A stretch of DNA of 64,000 nucleotides, taken from contig JBCNLJ010000010.1 of assembly GCA_039595515.1 (NCBI GenBank), positions 18,197-82,196 of the forward strand, given 5' to 3'. Origin of the DNA: Paenibacillus sp. GTDB taxonomy: Bacteria; Bacillota; Bacilli; Paenibacillales; Paenibacillaceae. Shown here one piece after another: positions 1 to 10,000 of this stretch (positions are counted from its first letter, which is position 1; each line of letters begins with the position of its first letter). The position numbers and the translations under genes are program-made. The notes under the pieces were generated by a model. The model was not told where the DNA came from and made no database searches. It saw only the letters and a list, made by a program, of their open reading frames with translations.

Positions 1-750
1 ATTGGAACGTTTGGCACGCCGACTGTATTTCTCGGCGGCAGCAATTTGCTGATCGAAAATCTAACGATCTGTAATACGGCAGGGCAGGGGGAGGAGATCG
101 GGCAAGCGGTGGCGCTAACCGCTTATTGTGATCGTGCTGTGATCCAAAATTGCACATTACGTGCGTATCAAGACACGCTATTCACGGGCCCACTACCACC
201 GAAGCCGAAGGAGCGTGCCAAGTTTGGCGGGGCGGAAATTAGACATAAGCATGATCAGTATCGCCAGTTGTACATCAATTGTTATATCGAGGGAACGGTT
301 GACTTTATTTTTGGTGGAGCGACAGCTTATTTTGAGCATTGTCATATTCATAGCCTGCGCCATTACGATAATCAACCTACCTATGTTACGGCAGCCTCAA
401 CACCGCAGGGACAACGGTTTGGCTATGTGTTTCATAGCTGCTGGCTGACAGGGGATGAAGGCATTACACCGGTATTTTTAGGGCGACCGTGGCGTGAATA
501 TGCACGTACGGTGTGGGTGAAATGCCGTCTTGGCGAGCATATTGATCCAGCGGGCTGGCATAACTGGGACAATCCGGACAATGAACATACGGTCGTGTAT
601 CAGGAATATGACCCGGAGCATGCGGCTGAGCTGCGTAAGACGCGTGTCGGCTGGGCAGATTGTCTGGCAGGTGGTGTAGAGCAATGGGATCGTCGGACGG
701 TGTTTGGTGGTGAGGTGTTCTGGGAGGATCATACGTATGTCTATAAATAA
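1..750 (+). CDS. Pectinesterase (pectin methylesterase, CE8), 5'-truncated by window
   Basis: Frame open from base 1 (IGTFGTPTVFLGG...). PME motifs QAVAL, YQDTL, IEGTVDFIFG, LGRPW, GWHNW. Confidence 0.9.
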   Translation: MGTFGTPTVFLGGSNLLIENLTICNTAGQGEEIGQAVALTAYCDRAVIQNCTLRAYQDTLFTGPLPPKPKERAKFGGAEIRHKHDQYRQLYINCYIEGTVDFIFGGATAYFEHCHIHSLRHYDNQPTYVTAASTPQGQRFGYVFHSCWLTGDEGITPVFLGRPWREYARTVWVKCRLGEHIDPAGWHNWDNPDNEHTVVYQEYDPEHAAELRKTRVGWADCLAGGVEQWDRRTVFGGEVFWEDHTYVYK

Positions 751-2563
751 TAGAGAGAGGGATACTATATCCGATAGCGCTTCCAGATCGCTACTAGCAT
801 CATCACAGCCGGCGTTAATCCGTAATCCTGTGCTACCAGGCTTCAACCCTGATCCGTGTATGATTCGAGTCCAGCATACGTACTATATCGCGGTATCGTC
901 GTTTGAATGGTTACCCGGTGTGCGTGTGTACGAGTCTACCGATCTGATAAACTGGTCGTATTGCACCGATATTTTGACCGATCAGGTGCAGCTACAGGGC
1001 AATCCGAAAAATGGCAGCATCTGGGCGCCACAGCTTAGCTATGATGATGGACTGTTTTACCTTGCCTATACGGATGTGAAAAGTACACGTCGTCCATTCA
1101 AGGATGCGCATAACTACCTTATGGTGGCGAAGGACATTCGTGGGCCGTGGTCAGAGCCTGTGTATGTGAACAGCAGCGGCTTCGATCCATCTTTGTTTCA
1201 CGACGAGGATGGGCACAAGTGGATACTGAATGCATTATGGGATTATCGGATTACCGAGGGCAATAAATCGAGCGGTATCGTGATACAGGAATACGATGCG
1301 AAGCAGCAGTGTCTGATTGGAGAGCCGATCAAGCTATTTGACTGTACCGATCTGAAAAAGACCGAGGCCCCTCATCTGTACAAGCGCAATGGTTATTATT
1401 ATCTGATCACCGCCGAAGGGGGCACAGGAACAGGTCATGCGGTAACTGTCGCACGTTCGCAGGCATTGTTAGGGCCATATGAAGTCGATCCCCATTATCC
1501 GATGATGACCTCCAGCCATCATCCCGACTGGCCGCTGCAATGCGCCGGTCATGCCAGTCTGGTAGAGACACCACACGGACAGTGGTATATGGCGCATCTG
1601 TGCACACGTCCACTGGAAGGGAAGTATGCCATTCTTGGTCGAGAAACGGCGATTCAGCAAGTGCACTGGGATGAGGACGGCTGGCTGCGTCTCAGCAGTG
1701 GCGGGGTGCTGGCGCAAATGGAAGTGCCTGCACCGGAAGATAGGAATGATGGTGGAAGTGGAAATTCCGATAGCATTAGCCATAATAATGCCAATAGCAA
1801 GGATAGCGTGAACGATATAGACGATAATCGAAACTATAATAGACATCACCATCCTGCTCTTGCTCATCAAGAAACCATTCTCCCACCCGCACACGTAACG
1901 CATACACCTGCACCTCCAGCTAATGAGGCGGCTTCGATCTCTGTATTTCGCGATTCGTTTACTTCGAATGAGCTCCATCCCGAATGGAACACGCTACGTA
2001 TACTAGCGCATGAAGATTGGTGCTCCTTGTTGCAGCGTCCAGGTTATTTACGGCTGTATGGCGGTGAATCGATTCAGAGTCTATTCAACCACCATATCGT
2101 TGCTATGCGTCAGCGACATCATCGTTTTCGAGCAGAAACAGCGCTGCAATACGATCCACAGCAATATTTGCAAATGGCAGGACTGGTGCTGTATTTGAAT
2201 GATGAGAATTATCTGTATGCCTGTGTAACTCGTGAGCATAATGGCAAGGTGCTGAGACTGATGCGCTGTGCTGCGGATCAATTTTACGTTTATCCTGCTG
2301 CACTAGCGGTGGATGAGCATTGTTTGATTCATCTGGCAGTCGATGTGCATGATACAGCAGCTCGTTTTTACTATCAGACGACGGATGGTGAAGGACAGGG
2401 AGCCAAGCAGGACGCGTGGAAACCGTTATACGGGGAGGAAAATATCTCGTTCTTATCTGGCGGCTTTACCGGCAACTTTGTTGGCATAGCGGCACATGAT
2501 ATGTATCAGTTTAAAGGCAGTTATGCTGACTTTAGCTATTTTGAATATAAGGAACAGGTGTAA
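737..2563 (+). CDS. GH43 beta-xylosidase/arabinofuranosidase with C-terminal beta-sandwich domain
   Basis: NPVLPGFNPDPC, SSFEWLPG, WAP, GFDPSLF and TEAPHLY motifs, and C-terminal GGFTGNFVG. ATG 737 follows GGAGG (723-727) and overlaps the pectinesterase end. Confidence 0.9.
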   Translation: MSINNRERDTISDSASRSLLASSQPALIRNPVLPGFNPDPCMIRVQHTYYIAVSSFEWLPGVRVYESTDLINWSYCTDILTDQVQLQGNPKNGSIWAPQLSYDDGLFYLAYTDVKSTRRPFKDAHNYLMVAKDIRGPWSEPVYVNSSGFDPSLFHDEDGHKWILNALWDYRITEGNKSSGIVIQEYDAKQQCLIGEPIKLFDCTDLKKTEAPHLYKRNGYYYLITAEGGTGTGHAVTVARSQALLGPYEVDPHYPMMTSSHHPDWPLQCAGHASLVETPHGQWYMAHLCTRPLEGKYAILGRETAIQQVHWDEDGWLRLSSGGVLAQMEVPAPEDRNDGGSGNSDSISHNNANSKDSVNDIDDNRNYNRHHHPALAHQETILPPAHVTHTPAPPANEAASISVFRDSFTSNELHPEWNTLRILAHEDWCSLLQRPGYLRLYGGESIQSLFNHHIVAMRQRHHRFRAETALQYDPQQYLQMAGLVLYLNDENYLYACVTREHNGKVLRLMRCAADQFYVYPAALAVDEHCLIHLAVDVHDTAARFYYQTTDGEGQGAKQDAWKPLYGEENISFLSGGFTGNFVGIAAHDMYQFKGSYADFSYFEYKEQV

Positions 2564-2618
2564 AGGGCGGAGTTTCGAACACTAATAATGTGGCTCGAAT
2601 CGATCTATCTGTTTGTGT

Positions 2619-2666
2619 AAACCCTCAATAGCAGGCAGTTCGTTTGCCTGCTGTTGAGGGTTTTTT
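2619..2666 (+). terminator. Rho-independent terminator after GH43 gene
   Basis: AAACCCTCAATAGCAGGCA / TGCCTGCTGTTGAGGGTTT stem followed by a T tract. Confidence 0.85.
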
Positions 2667-2800
2667 GACGTATTTTTGACGTATACAAGCAAGAACATAT
2701 TCAAGTTTTATAAGGCAGAAACACTAGGAAAATGCTAGGGGAAAACTAAAGGAGAAAGCTTGCTATCATAAATAATGCCATATAAGGTAAATTTAAAGCG

Positions 2801-2829
2801 TTGAAATTCCTAGTAAACCGATATACTAT
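2801..2829 (+). promoter_or_regulatory. Putative sigmaA promoter of ABC operon overlapping a CymR-like box
   Basis: TTGAAA-17bp-TACTAT. The overlapping AATTCCTAGTAAACCGATA fits the left part of the B. subtilis CymR consensus as I recall it; the right end does not match. Confidence 0.4.
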
Positions 2830-2879
2830 ACAGTATATAAAGACAAGATAGCAACTATTACAGATGGGGGATAAGGAAA

Positions 2880-4487
2880 ATGAGTACGAAGTTTAAAGGC
2901 TTAATCGTTGCAATGCTGTTTACGGTATTACTGGCAGCTTGCTCAGGCAATAGTGGTGGCTCTACAGCAGCAACGTCAACCGGCTCGTCCACAGCAGATA
3001 GTGGAACACCGAAGGACGGGGGCAGTCTTATTATCAGTGTAGCTGCAGACCCGGTTATTTTGAATCCGCTCTATGCAGGCGATCGTGTCAGTCTAACGAT
3101 TGATCAGGCGCTCTATGCACCACTTTTTCAAGTGAACAATGGCAAAAAGACATTTTATCTGGCTGATAGTCTGGAGCCTTCCGCTGACCAACTTACATAC
3201 ACGCTTAAACTGAAAAAGAACCTGACCTGGCATGACGGACAGAAGCTGACGGCTGACGATGTGGTGTTCACGATCAACAGCATTCTGGACGAGAAGCAAA
3301 ACAGCTTCCTGCGCGCTGGCTTTATTATTAACAATAAGCCCGTTCAGGTATCCAAAGTGGACGATTTGACCGTAGCGTTCAAGCTACCTCAGGTTAGCCC
3401 GGCATTCGAAGCTTCACTCGTACAGGTATCGCCAATTCCAAAGCATATTTTCGAAGGTGAAACCGATCTGGAAAAGAGCAGCAAAAACAACAATCCAATC
3501 GGTTCTGGCCCATTCAAATTTAAAGAGTACAAAACAGGCGAATATGTCACACTGGATCGATTTGATCAATATTTTGGTGGCAAGCCACATCTGGATAGCG
3601 TTACTTACCGTATTGCGAAGGATGCGAACGCCGCTAATCTGGCATTGCAAAATGGAGAGATTAATGTGCAGTATCTCGATCCGCGCGATGTAGCCACAAT
3701 TCAGGCAACCGGCAATTTTGATATACAATCCTATAGCGAGGGCCGCCTTGCGTATCTGCTGTTTAACGAGAAAAGCGATACCGGTGTGCTTGCTAAAAAA
3801 GAAGTTCGTCAGGCAATCGGCTATGCGCTGAATCGTCAGGAGCTGATTCAGACGGCATATACGTCGGATCAATATGCCGACCCGGCGCATTCATTTGAAA
3901 CACCGGATGGCTTGTATCAGACAAATGATGTACCGACCTACGACAATGATGCAGCCAAAGCGAAGCAGATTCTCGCTCAGCAGGGCATTAGCAATCTGAA
4001 GCTACGTATGATCGTACAATCTGGCAACAAAGTTCAGGAAGCCGTCTCGCTGTATGTACAGCAAAAGCTGAAAGAGATCGGCATCGATGTGGAGCTGCAA
4101 AATATGGATTCGACTGCATTCGGTCAGAAATTTGTAGATGACAAGGCTACAGATTATGAGCTGGCACTGAGCGGCTACATTATGGGCTATGACCCGGATG
4201 CGTATCGTATTTTGTTCACAACCGGTTCTTCCTCCAACTATACGCATTATTCAAATCCGCAGGTGGATAAGCTGTTTGAACAGGGTGCAGGTGAAGGCGA
4301 TTCGACCAAGCGTGCCGAGATTTACAAGCAACTGCAAACGATCATTGCAGAGGATGCGCCAATCTACCCGATTGCGTATACCAAAACGATCGTAGCCATT
4401 TCTAAAAATTACGGTGGTCTGGATCAAGCTGTACTGAAGCCAGTCGTTATTTTCGAAGACCTGTCCAAAATTTATCAAAAACAATAA
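2880..4487 (+). CDS. ABC transporter substrate-binding lipoprotein, family 5 (OppA/DppA/NikA-like)
   Basis: Lipobox LLAAC, WHDGQKLTADDVVFT, PIGSGPFKF. Confidence 0.92.
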   Translation: MSTKFKGLIVAMLFTVLLAACSGNSGGSTAATSTGSSTADSGTPKDGGSLIISVAADPVILNPLYAGDRVSLTIDQALYAPLFQVNNGKKTFYLADSLEPSADQLTYTLKLKKNLTWHDGQKLTADDVVFTINSILDEKQNSFLRAGFIINNKPVQVSKVDDLTVAFKLPQVSPAFEASLVQVSPIPKHIFEGETDLEKSSKNNNPIGSGPFKFKEYKTGEYVTLDRFDQYFGGKPHLDSVTYRIAKDANAANLALQNGEINVQYLDPRDVATIQATGNFDIQSYSEGRLAYLLFNEKSDTGVLAKKEVRQAIGYALNRQELIQTAYTSDQYADPAHSFETPDGLYQTNDVPTYDNDAAKAKQILAQQGISNLKLRMIVQSGNKVQEAVSLYVQQKLKEIGIDVELQNMDSTAFGQKFVDDKATDYELALSGYIMGYDPDAYRILFTTGSSSNYTHYSNPQVDKLFEQGAGEGDSTKRAEIYKQLQTIIAEDAPIYPIAYTKTIVAISKNYGGLDQAVLKPVVIFEDLSKIYQKQ

Positions 4488-4563
4488 AGTCCATGTTCAT
4501 AATGAAAGCAGCAGATAAGCCGGTTTCCCGGCTTATTTGTTGTGGTGAAGGGAGCTGCGGAAC

Positions 4564-5514
4564 ATGAGGCAAATGATTATCCGCCGATTGCTGCAAACGA
4601 TACCGTTGTTGTTTTTTGTTTCTATTGTCTGCTTTGCGATGATCAAGCTGGCACCGGGTGATCCGGTGCTGTCGTTTGTAACGCCAAATATGCATGCTGA
4701 TGATATTGAGCGTATTCGTCATAATCTCGGTCTGGATCGCCCTGCATATGTACAATATGGACTCTGGCTAAAGCAGCTATTACAAGGCGACCTGGGCTAT
4801 TCGCTGGTGAATCACCAGCCGGTTCTCGGTCAGATCGTGGAGCGCTTGCCTGCAACAGCAGGGCTGATGGGAAGCGCGATTGCGATTGCTGTGCTACTGG
4901 CGATTCCACTCGGCTTGATTGCAGGGGCGAATCGTAATCGCTGGATAGATAAAATGATTAATTTGATCGCTTATATTGGTATCTCTGTGCCGCTTTTCTG
5001 GCTGGCGATTCTACTCATCTATATTTTTGCTATCAAGCTCTCGCTGCTACCGAGCATGGGGATGCGTACGATTGGCGAGGAATCAGTCGGTGATGTGATT
5101 CGTCATGGCATTTTGCCCTGCTCGGTGCTGGCATTTGGCTTTTTGGCAGGATATGTGCGATATATCCGTTCCAGTACGATCGGTCAGCTCAAGGAGGATT
5201 ATGTGCAGATTCAATATGCATTTGGCTCCAATAAATGGACGATTCTGTTTCGCCATGTGATCAAGCATGTACTGTTACCGATCATTACGCTACTTGGCAT
5301 GTCGATGGGTGATCTGGTCGCAGGGGCAATTGTAACGGAAACGGTATTTTCGTGGCCGGGTATCGGCTCGCTGGGAATGACTGCGGTTCGAGGAATGGAT
5401 TACCCGATCATCATGGGGATTACGCTGTTCTCGTCCTTGCTGCTCATTCTGGGCAATCTGGCAGCAGATATTTTATACGCGATCGTCGATCCGCGTATGA
5501 AGGCAAAGGGGTGA
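4564..5514 (+). CDS. Peptide/nickel ABC transporter permease (OppB/DppB-like)
   Basis: APGDPV N-terminus, EAA-like loop, ETVFSWPGIG, DILYAIVDPR. Confidence 0.92.
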   Translation: MRQMIIRRLLQTIPLLFFVSIVCFAMIKLAPGDPVLSFVTPNMHADDIERIRHNLGLDRPAYVQYGLWLKQLLQGDLGYSLVNHQPVLGQIVERLPATAGLMGSAIAIAVLLAIPLGLIAGANRNRWIDKMINLIAYIGISVPLFWLAILLIYIFAIKLSLLPSMGMRTIGEESVGDVIRHGILPCSVLAFGFLAGYVRYIRSSTIGQLKEDYVQIQYAFGSNKWTILFRHVIKHVLLPIITLLGMSMGDLVAGAIVTETVFSWPGIGSLGMTAVRGMDYPIIMGITLFSSLLLILGNLAADILYAIVDPRMKAKG

Positions 5515-5518
5515 CGGA

Positions 5519-6364
5519 ATGAATCGTAGTAAATGGAACCACTTGAAACGGGAGCTTCTAAGCAGCAAGCCAGGTCTGGCTGCCCTGTTTGTGCTAATCG
5601 TGCTAACATTGGGCGCAATTTTTGCCTTTTTGTCCCCTTATGATCCGAATTTGATGAATGCGGGCAAGCCGTTTAGCACGCCGGATGGTGCGCACTGGTT
5701 TGGTACGGACGATTATGGACGTGATTATTTTGCGCGTGCACTGTATGGCGGCCGGGTATCGCTGCTTGTCGGTTTTGCTTCGATGATTATGGCTACCGCG
5801 ATTGGCGTAGCGATCGGTGTGATTAGCGGTTATTTTGGCGGCTGGCTGGATAGCTTGCTTATGCGTGCGCTGGACGTTATTTCTTCGATTCCATCGTTTC
5901 TCGTATTGCTGCTGCTCAGTGTGTTTTTGAAGCCGAGTGTCGGCAATATTATTGTTATTATTGCGCTGCTCATGTGGATGAATGTCGCACGGATCGTACG
6001 TGCAGAGACGATGAGCATCAAAGAACGTGAATATGTGCTGTATGCACGCGCCTCCGGTCAAGGTGGCGGTGGGATGATTGTACATCATATTTTGCCGGGC
6101 CTGATTCCGATCATTATTGTCAGTGCGACGAACAATATCGCTTCAGCGATTATGATGGAATCGTCATTGAGCTTTCTCGGATTTGGCGTACAGCCGCCTA
6201 ATGCAACATGGGGCAGTATGCTGAACAGTGCGCAGGGTTATATCGCTCAAGCGCCTTATATGGCGCTATTTCCGGGCTTGCTTATTTTACTGACTGTACT
6301 GAGCTTTAATGTGCTGGGCGATATTTTGCGAGTCGGTTTGGAACCGAAGCTGGATCGAAGATAG
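5519..6364 (+). CDS. Peptide/nickel ABC transporter permease (OppC/DppC-like)
   Basis: HWFGTDDYGRD, LSFLGFGVQPP, WGSML, FNVLGD. Confidence 0.92.
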   Translation: MNRSKWNHLKRELLSSKPGLAALFVLIVLTLGAIFAFLSPYDPNLMNAGKPFSTPDGAHWFGTDDYGRDYFARALYGGRVSLLVGFASMIMATAIGVAIGVISGYFGGWLDSLLMRALDVISSIPSFLVLLLLSVFLKPSVGNIIVIIALLMWMNVARIVRAETMSIKEREYVLYARASGQGGGGMIVHHILPGLIPIIIVSATNNIASAIMMESSLSFLGFGVQPPNATWGSMLNSAQGYIAQAPYMALFPGLLILLTVLSFNVLGDILRVGLEPKLDRR

Positions 6365-6377
6365 GAGGGGATGGATC

Positions 6378-7397
6378 ATGACAGAACGTCTGCTCAGTGT
6401 AGAGAATTTAAAAGTCTCCTTTGCTACGCGCGATGGAGACAATCAGGCAGTGCGCGGCATTAGCTTTCATATCGATAAAGGCGAGACACTTGGCATCGTC
6501 GGTGAGTCCGGCAGTGGTAAAAGCGTCACGGCTCGCTCCATCATGTCCTTAATCGCGCCGCCCGGACAGATTACCGCTGGCAATATTCGGTTTCGCGGAC
6601 AGGATTGTCTGGCATGGACAGAAAAGGAATGGCGCAAGCTGCGCGGCAACCGCATATCGATGATCTTTCAAGACCCGATGACCTCGCTCAACCCGCTCAA
6701 ACGCATCGGTCAACAATTAACCGAGGTGCTGCGTCGCCATCGCGGTTTGGATCGTCAGCAGGCGAATCGGGAAGCTGAGCGATTGCTACAGGAGGTAGGC
6801 ATCTCGGATGCTCCAACACGGCTGCGGCAATATCCGCATGAATTCAGCGGGGGGATGCGCCAGCGCGTGATGATCGCAATGGCCTTATCGTGTCAGCCTG
6901 ACCTGCTCATTGCCGATGAGCCAACGACTGCGCTGGATGCTACGATTCAGGCACAGATTCTGGATCTGTTTAAAAGTCTAAAGCAGCATTCCGATACGTC
7001 TATTGCGCTCATCACACATGATCTTGGTGTCGTAGCACAGGTATGTACCCGCGTGATTGTCATGTATGGCGGCTTAATTATGGAGGAAGGGCGTGTGGAG
7101 GATATTTTCTATCGTCCCCAGCATCCGTATACAAAGGGATTGTTACGGTCACTTCCAAAACGCGGCAGTGGCTCGCGTGAACGACTGGTGCCCATTGAAG
7201 GCACACCACCCAATCTGCTGCATCCACCTGCCGGGTGCCCATTTGCCGAGCGTTGTCCAAATGCCTTTGCACGCTGCGCACAGATGCCGCCGATTACCGA
7301 GACAGAGCCGGGGCATTATTCGATGTGCTGGTTATCTCATGAAGCCGTCGCAGGCGATCATGAGCTTGCAGCGGAAGGAGTGGAGCATCATGAGTGA
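6378..7397 (+). CDS. Peptide ABC transporter ATP-binding protein (OppD-like)
   Basis: GESGSGKS, FSGGMRQR, IADEPTTALD, HPYT, C-terminal GCPF..RC. ATG 6378 follows GGAGGGG. Confidence 0.92.
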   Translation: MTERLLSVENLKVSFATRDGDNQAVRGISFHIDKGETLGIVGESGSGKSVTARSIMSLIAPPGQITAGNIRFRGQDCLAWTEKEWRKLRGNRISMIFQDPMTSLNPLKRIGQQLTEVLRRHRGLDRQQANREAERLLQEVGISDAPTRLRQYPHEFSGGMRQRVMIAMALSCQPDLLIADEPTTALDATIQAQILDLFKSLKQHSDTSIALITHDLGVVAQVCTRVIVMYGGLIMEEGRVEDIFYRPQHPYTKGLLRSLPKRGSGSRERLVPIEGTPPNLLHPPAGCPFAERCPNAFARCAQMPPITETEPGHYSMCWLSHEAVAGDHELAAEGVEHHE

Positions 7398-8298
7398 TAT
7401 TCTGGTGGATGTACACAATTTAAAAAAGCATTTTGTAAATGCGCGCAATTGGCGCGGACAGCCGACCGGTGTACAGCGTGCTGTCGACGGAATTCATTTT
7501 CATATTCGTCGCGGCGAAACGTTCGGTCTGGTCGGCGAGTCCGGCAGTGGCAAGTCCACAGTCGGACGCTGTCTGCTACGGTTGTATGATTATACCGACG
7601 GTGAAGTGACCTTTGCCGGTCAGCCGCTCAGCGGGCTCAGTGAGAAGGCACTCAAGCCGTTTCGTAGACGCATTCAATCGATTTTTCAGGACCCATATTC
7701 TTCACTGAATCCGAATCTGAATGTGCTGGAGCTGATCAGTGAGCCGATGAAGATTCACGGGATGGGCGCTGCTTCCGAGCGCAAAGATCAAATCGCCGAT
7801 CTGCTTGAAAAGGTAGGGCTGAATCGGGATCATCTGTATCGGTATCCGCATGAATTCAGCGGCGGACAGCGTCAGCGTATTTCCATCGCTCGTGCGCTGT
7901 CCGTACGACCGGAATTTATCGTCTGTGATGAGCCGATCTCAGCGTTAGACGTGTCGGTGCAGGCACAGGTTGTAAATATGCTGGAGGACCTGCAGGCGGA
8001 ATTCGGCTTGACGTATTTGTTTATCGCTCATGATCTGTCAATGGTACGCCATATTTCCGATCGGATCGGTGTAATGTATGCCGGACGCCTCGTAGAGGTA
8101 GCAGATAGTGATGAGCTGTATGAGAATCCACAGCATCCGTATACACGAGCACTGCTTTCCTCTATTTTGGAAACCGATCCAGCCAAAGTGGCAGAACGCA
8201 TTCGTCCCGATGGATTCACAACCATTCGTAATGATGAACAGGCAGCTCCACTGGAAGAGGTGAGTCCGGGGCATTTTGTTGCATTGGATTATAAATGA
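7390..8298 (+). CDS. Peptide ABC transporter ATP-binding protein (OppF-like)
   Basis: GESGSGKST, FSGGQRQR, VCDEPISALD, HPYT. ATG 7390 overlaps the upstream gene's end. Confidence 0.92.
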   Translation: MSDILVDVHNLKKHFVNARNWRGQPTGVQRAVDGIHFHIRRGETFGLVGESGSGKSTVGRCLLRLYDYTDGEVTFAGQPLSGLSEKALKPFRRRIQSIFQDPYSSLNPNLNVLELISEPMKIHGMGAASERKDQIADLLEKVGLNRDHLYRYPHEFSGGQRQRISIARALSVRPEFIVCDEPISALDVSVQAQVVNMLEDLQAEFGLTYLFIAHDLSMVRHISDRIGVMYAGRLVEVADSDELYENPQHPYTRALLSSILETDPAKVAERIRPDGFTTIRNDEQAAPLEEVSPGHFVALDYK

Positions 8299-8337
8299 AG
8301 CCGGTATAGAAAAATAAAGGAAAGGTGTGTGTACGCT

Positions 8338-8793
8338 ATGCATACTATTGCCCAATCAGAACCTGCACATCCAGTGAAGCTATCCCAGTGGGATGCGCTT
8401 TTACTGGAATCGTTACGTAGCCGGGGCTGGTCAGAGCAGCAACTGGTAGAGCTAGGCTCGTTGGAGCAGATTCCGCTCGATACAAGTGAATACGAATGGG
8501 ATTATACCGATCTGGCAGCGCTGGCGAAGGCACAGCCCGAGCTGTATCTTCAGGCTGTGCAGCATGGTTACCAGATCAAATACAATACGATTCGCGGACT
8601 TCGGAGCTGGCTACATATTGCCTTTAACGTCGAGCCAGAGATGCTGCTGGAAGAAGGGCAGGAAGCGATCCGTGTCACCCTTACCGAGACACAGCTTCAG
8701 CGCCTGCAACAGGTGCTGTCACCTGGCTGGACAATCGGAGCCAGGTCCGCACCGTTGTACTGTATAGAACCACGTTATCGCTCAGTAGAGTAA
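8338..8793 (+). CDS. Hypothetical protein, last gene of ABC operon
   Basis: Clean ORF with AAAGGTG RBS and host-like composition; no motif recognised. Confidence 0.7.
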   Translation: MHTIAQSEPAHPVKLSQWDALLLESLRSRGWSEQQLVELGSLEQIPLDTSEYEWDYTDLAALAKAQPELYLQAVQHGYQIKYNTIRGLRSWLHIAFNVEPEMLLEEGQEAIRVTLTETQLQRLQQVLSPGWTIGARSAPLYCIEPRYRSVE

Positions 8794-8997
8794 AGCAGTA
8801 TAGAAGCAGACCAAGCGCAACAAGCAGATCAAGCACAATTGAAATGGATCAGTCGGCAGTGGGGAGTTAGCTTATCTCCCAAGCTGTACCTTGCCCCATC
8901 TCATTTATCTCATTTTTCATATTACAAATGAGGTGTATATGGGTTTGGAATAGACACTTAGCAAAAAGATAATTCCATAAGCTCCACCTACATTGCA

Positions 8998-9048
8998 AGC
9001 CGATCCAGGCGACTCATCACCGTCGCCTCTGGATCGGCTTCTTTTTTT
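8998..9048 (+). terminator. Rho-independent terminator
   Basis: AAGCCGATCCAGGCGAC / GTCGCCTCTGGATCGGCTT followed by a T tract. Confidence 0.85.
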
Positions 9049-9251
9049 CTGTAAAATACTGTAATCGTTTCGCTATAAAAACCGATAATTAAAAGGAGAG
9101 AAGTATCCTCATTCCCCGATTCATTTTACCAGTAACATCCAAGATGTGAACGAAATTCGTCGATCCTTGAAACTTTTTGGATTATTTTGAAGGAGAGTGA
9201 TTGTTTTTTGTTACGTTTGTGGTAGTATATAGAGCAGTTGGGGGAATGAAT

Positions 9252-9998
9252 ATGCTTACAGAGGAACGTTACAACCTGATTATAGAGCGCTTACAGGAAC
9301 GCGGTATTGTGAAATTACAAGAACTGGTCGATGTGTCCGGTGCTTCAGAATCAACGATACGGCGCGATTTGATTGACCTGGAAGCAAGGCAACTGCTAAG
9401 GCGTATCCACGGTGGAGCGACACTGCTGCATCCGAAAAATCAGGAACCTGGCATGGAAGAAAAAACCTTCACAAACGTTCAAGAAAAAAGTATAATTGCT
9501 CGTCTAGCCTCCAATGAGATTGAGGATGGCGAATGTATCTATCTGGATGCAGGTACGACAACGCTGGCAATGATTCCATATATCGAAGCAAAAGATATTA
9601 CGGTCGTTACGAATGGACTATCTCATGTGGACGCGCTTGTGAACAAGCGAATTCGCAGCTATTTGCTCGGCGGTATGATGAAAATGCATACAAAAGCTGT
9701 CGTAGGGAGCATGGCACTACAGAGCATGGATAATTTCCGATTTGACCGCTGTTTTCTAGGAGCGAATGGTGTAGATGCCGAAATGGGCTACACTACACCT
9801 GACCCGGAGGAAGCGATGATCAAACGGCGTGCTCATGAGCTGGCTGCCCATACGTATGTGCTGGCAGATTCGAGCAAAATTGGCGAGGTCACCTTCGCAA
9901 GACTACTGGATTTGCAGGAGGCTGTACTGATCACCGAATCGGTACCGGAACATTCCCGTCCGTCCATTTTGAATAAAACTAAGATAATCGAGGGATAA
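9252..9998 (+). CDS. fruR: DeoR-family fructose operon repressor
   Basis: DeoR HTH (SESTIRRDL), YLDAGTT, VVTNG, FLGANG; lies upstream of fruK/fruA. Confidence 0.9.
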   Translation: MLTEERYNLIIERLQERGIVKLQELVDVSGASESTIRRDLIDLEARQLLRRIHGGATLLHPKNQEPGMEEKTFTNVQEKSIIARLASNEIEDGECIYLDAGTTTLAMIPYIEAKDITVVTNGLSHVDALVNKRIRSYLLGGMMKMHTKAVVGSMALQSMDNFRFDRCFLGANGVDAEMGYTTPDPEEAMIKRRAHELAAHTYVLADSSKIGEVTFARLLDLQEAVLITESVPEHSRPSILNKTKIIEG

Positions 9999-10000
9999 AC

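Noticed and set aside
8793-8840. AAGCA-containing short repeats after the ABC operon
   Set aside because: The spacing is irregular (9-11 bp) and the tract is short, consistent with neutral low-complexity sequence.
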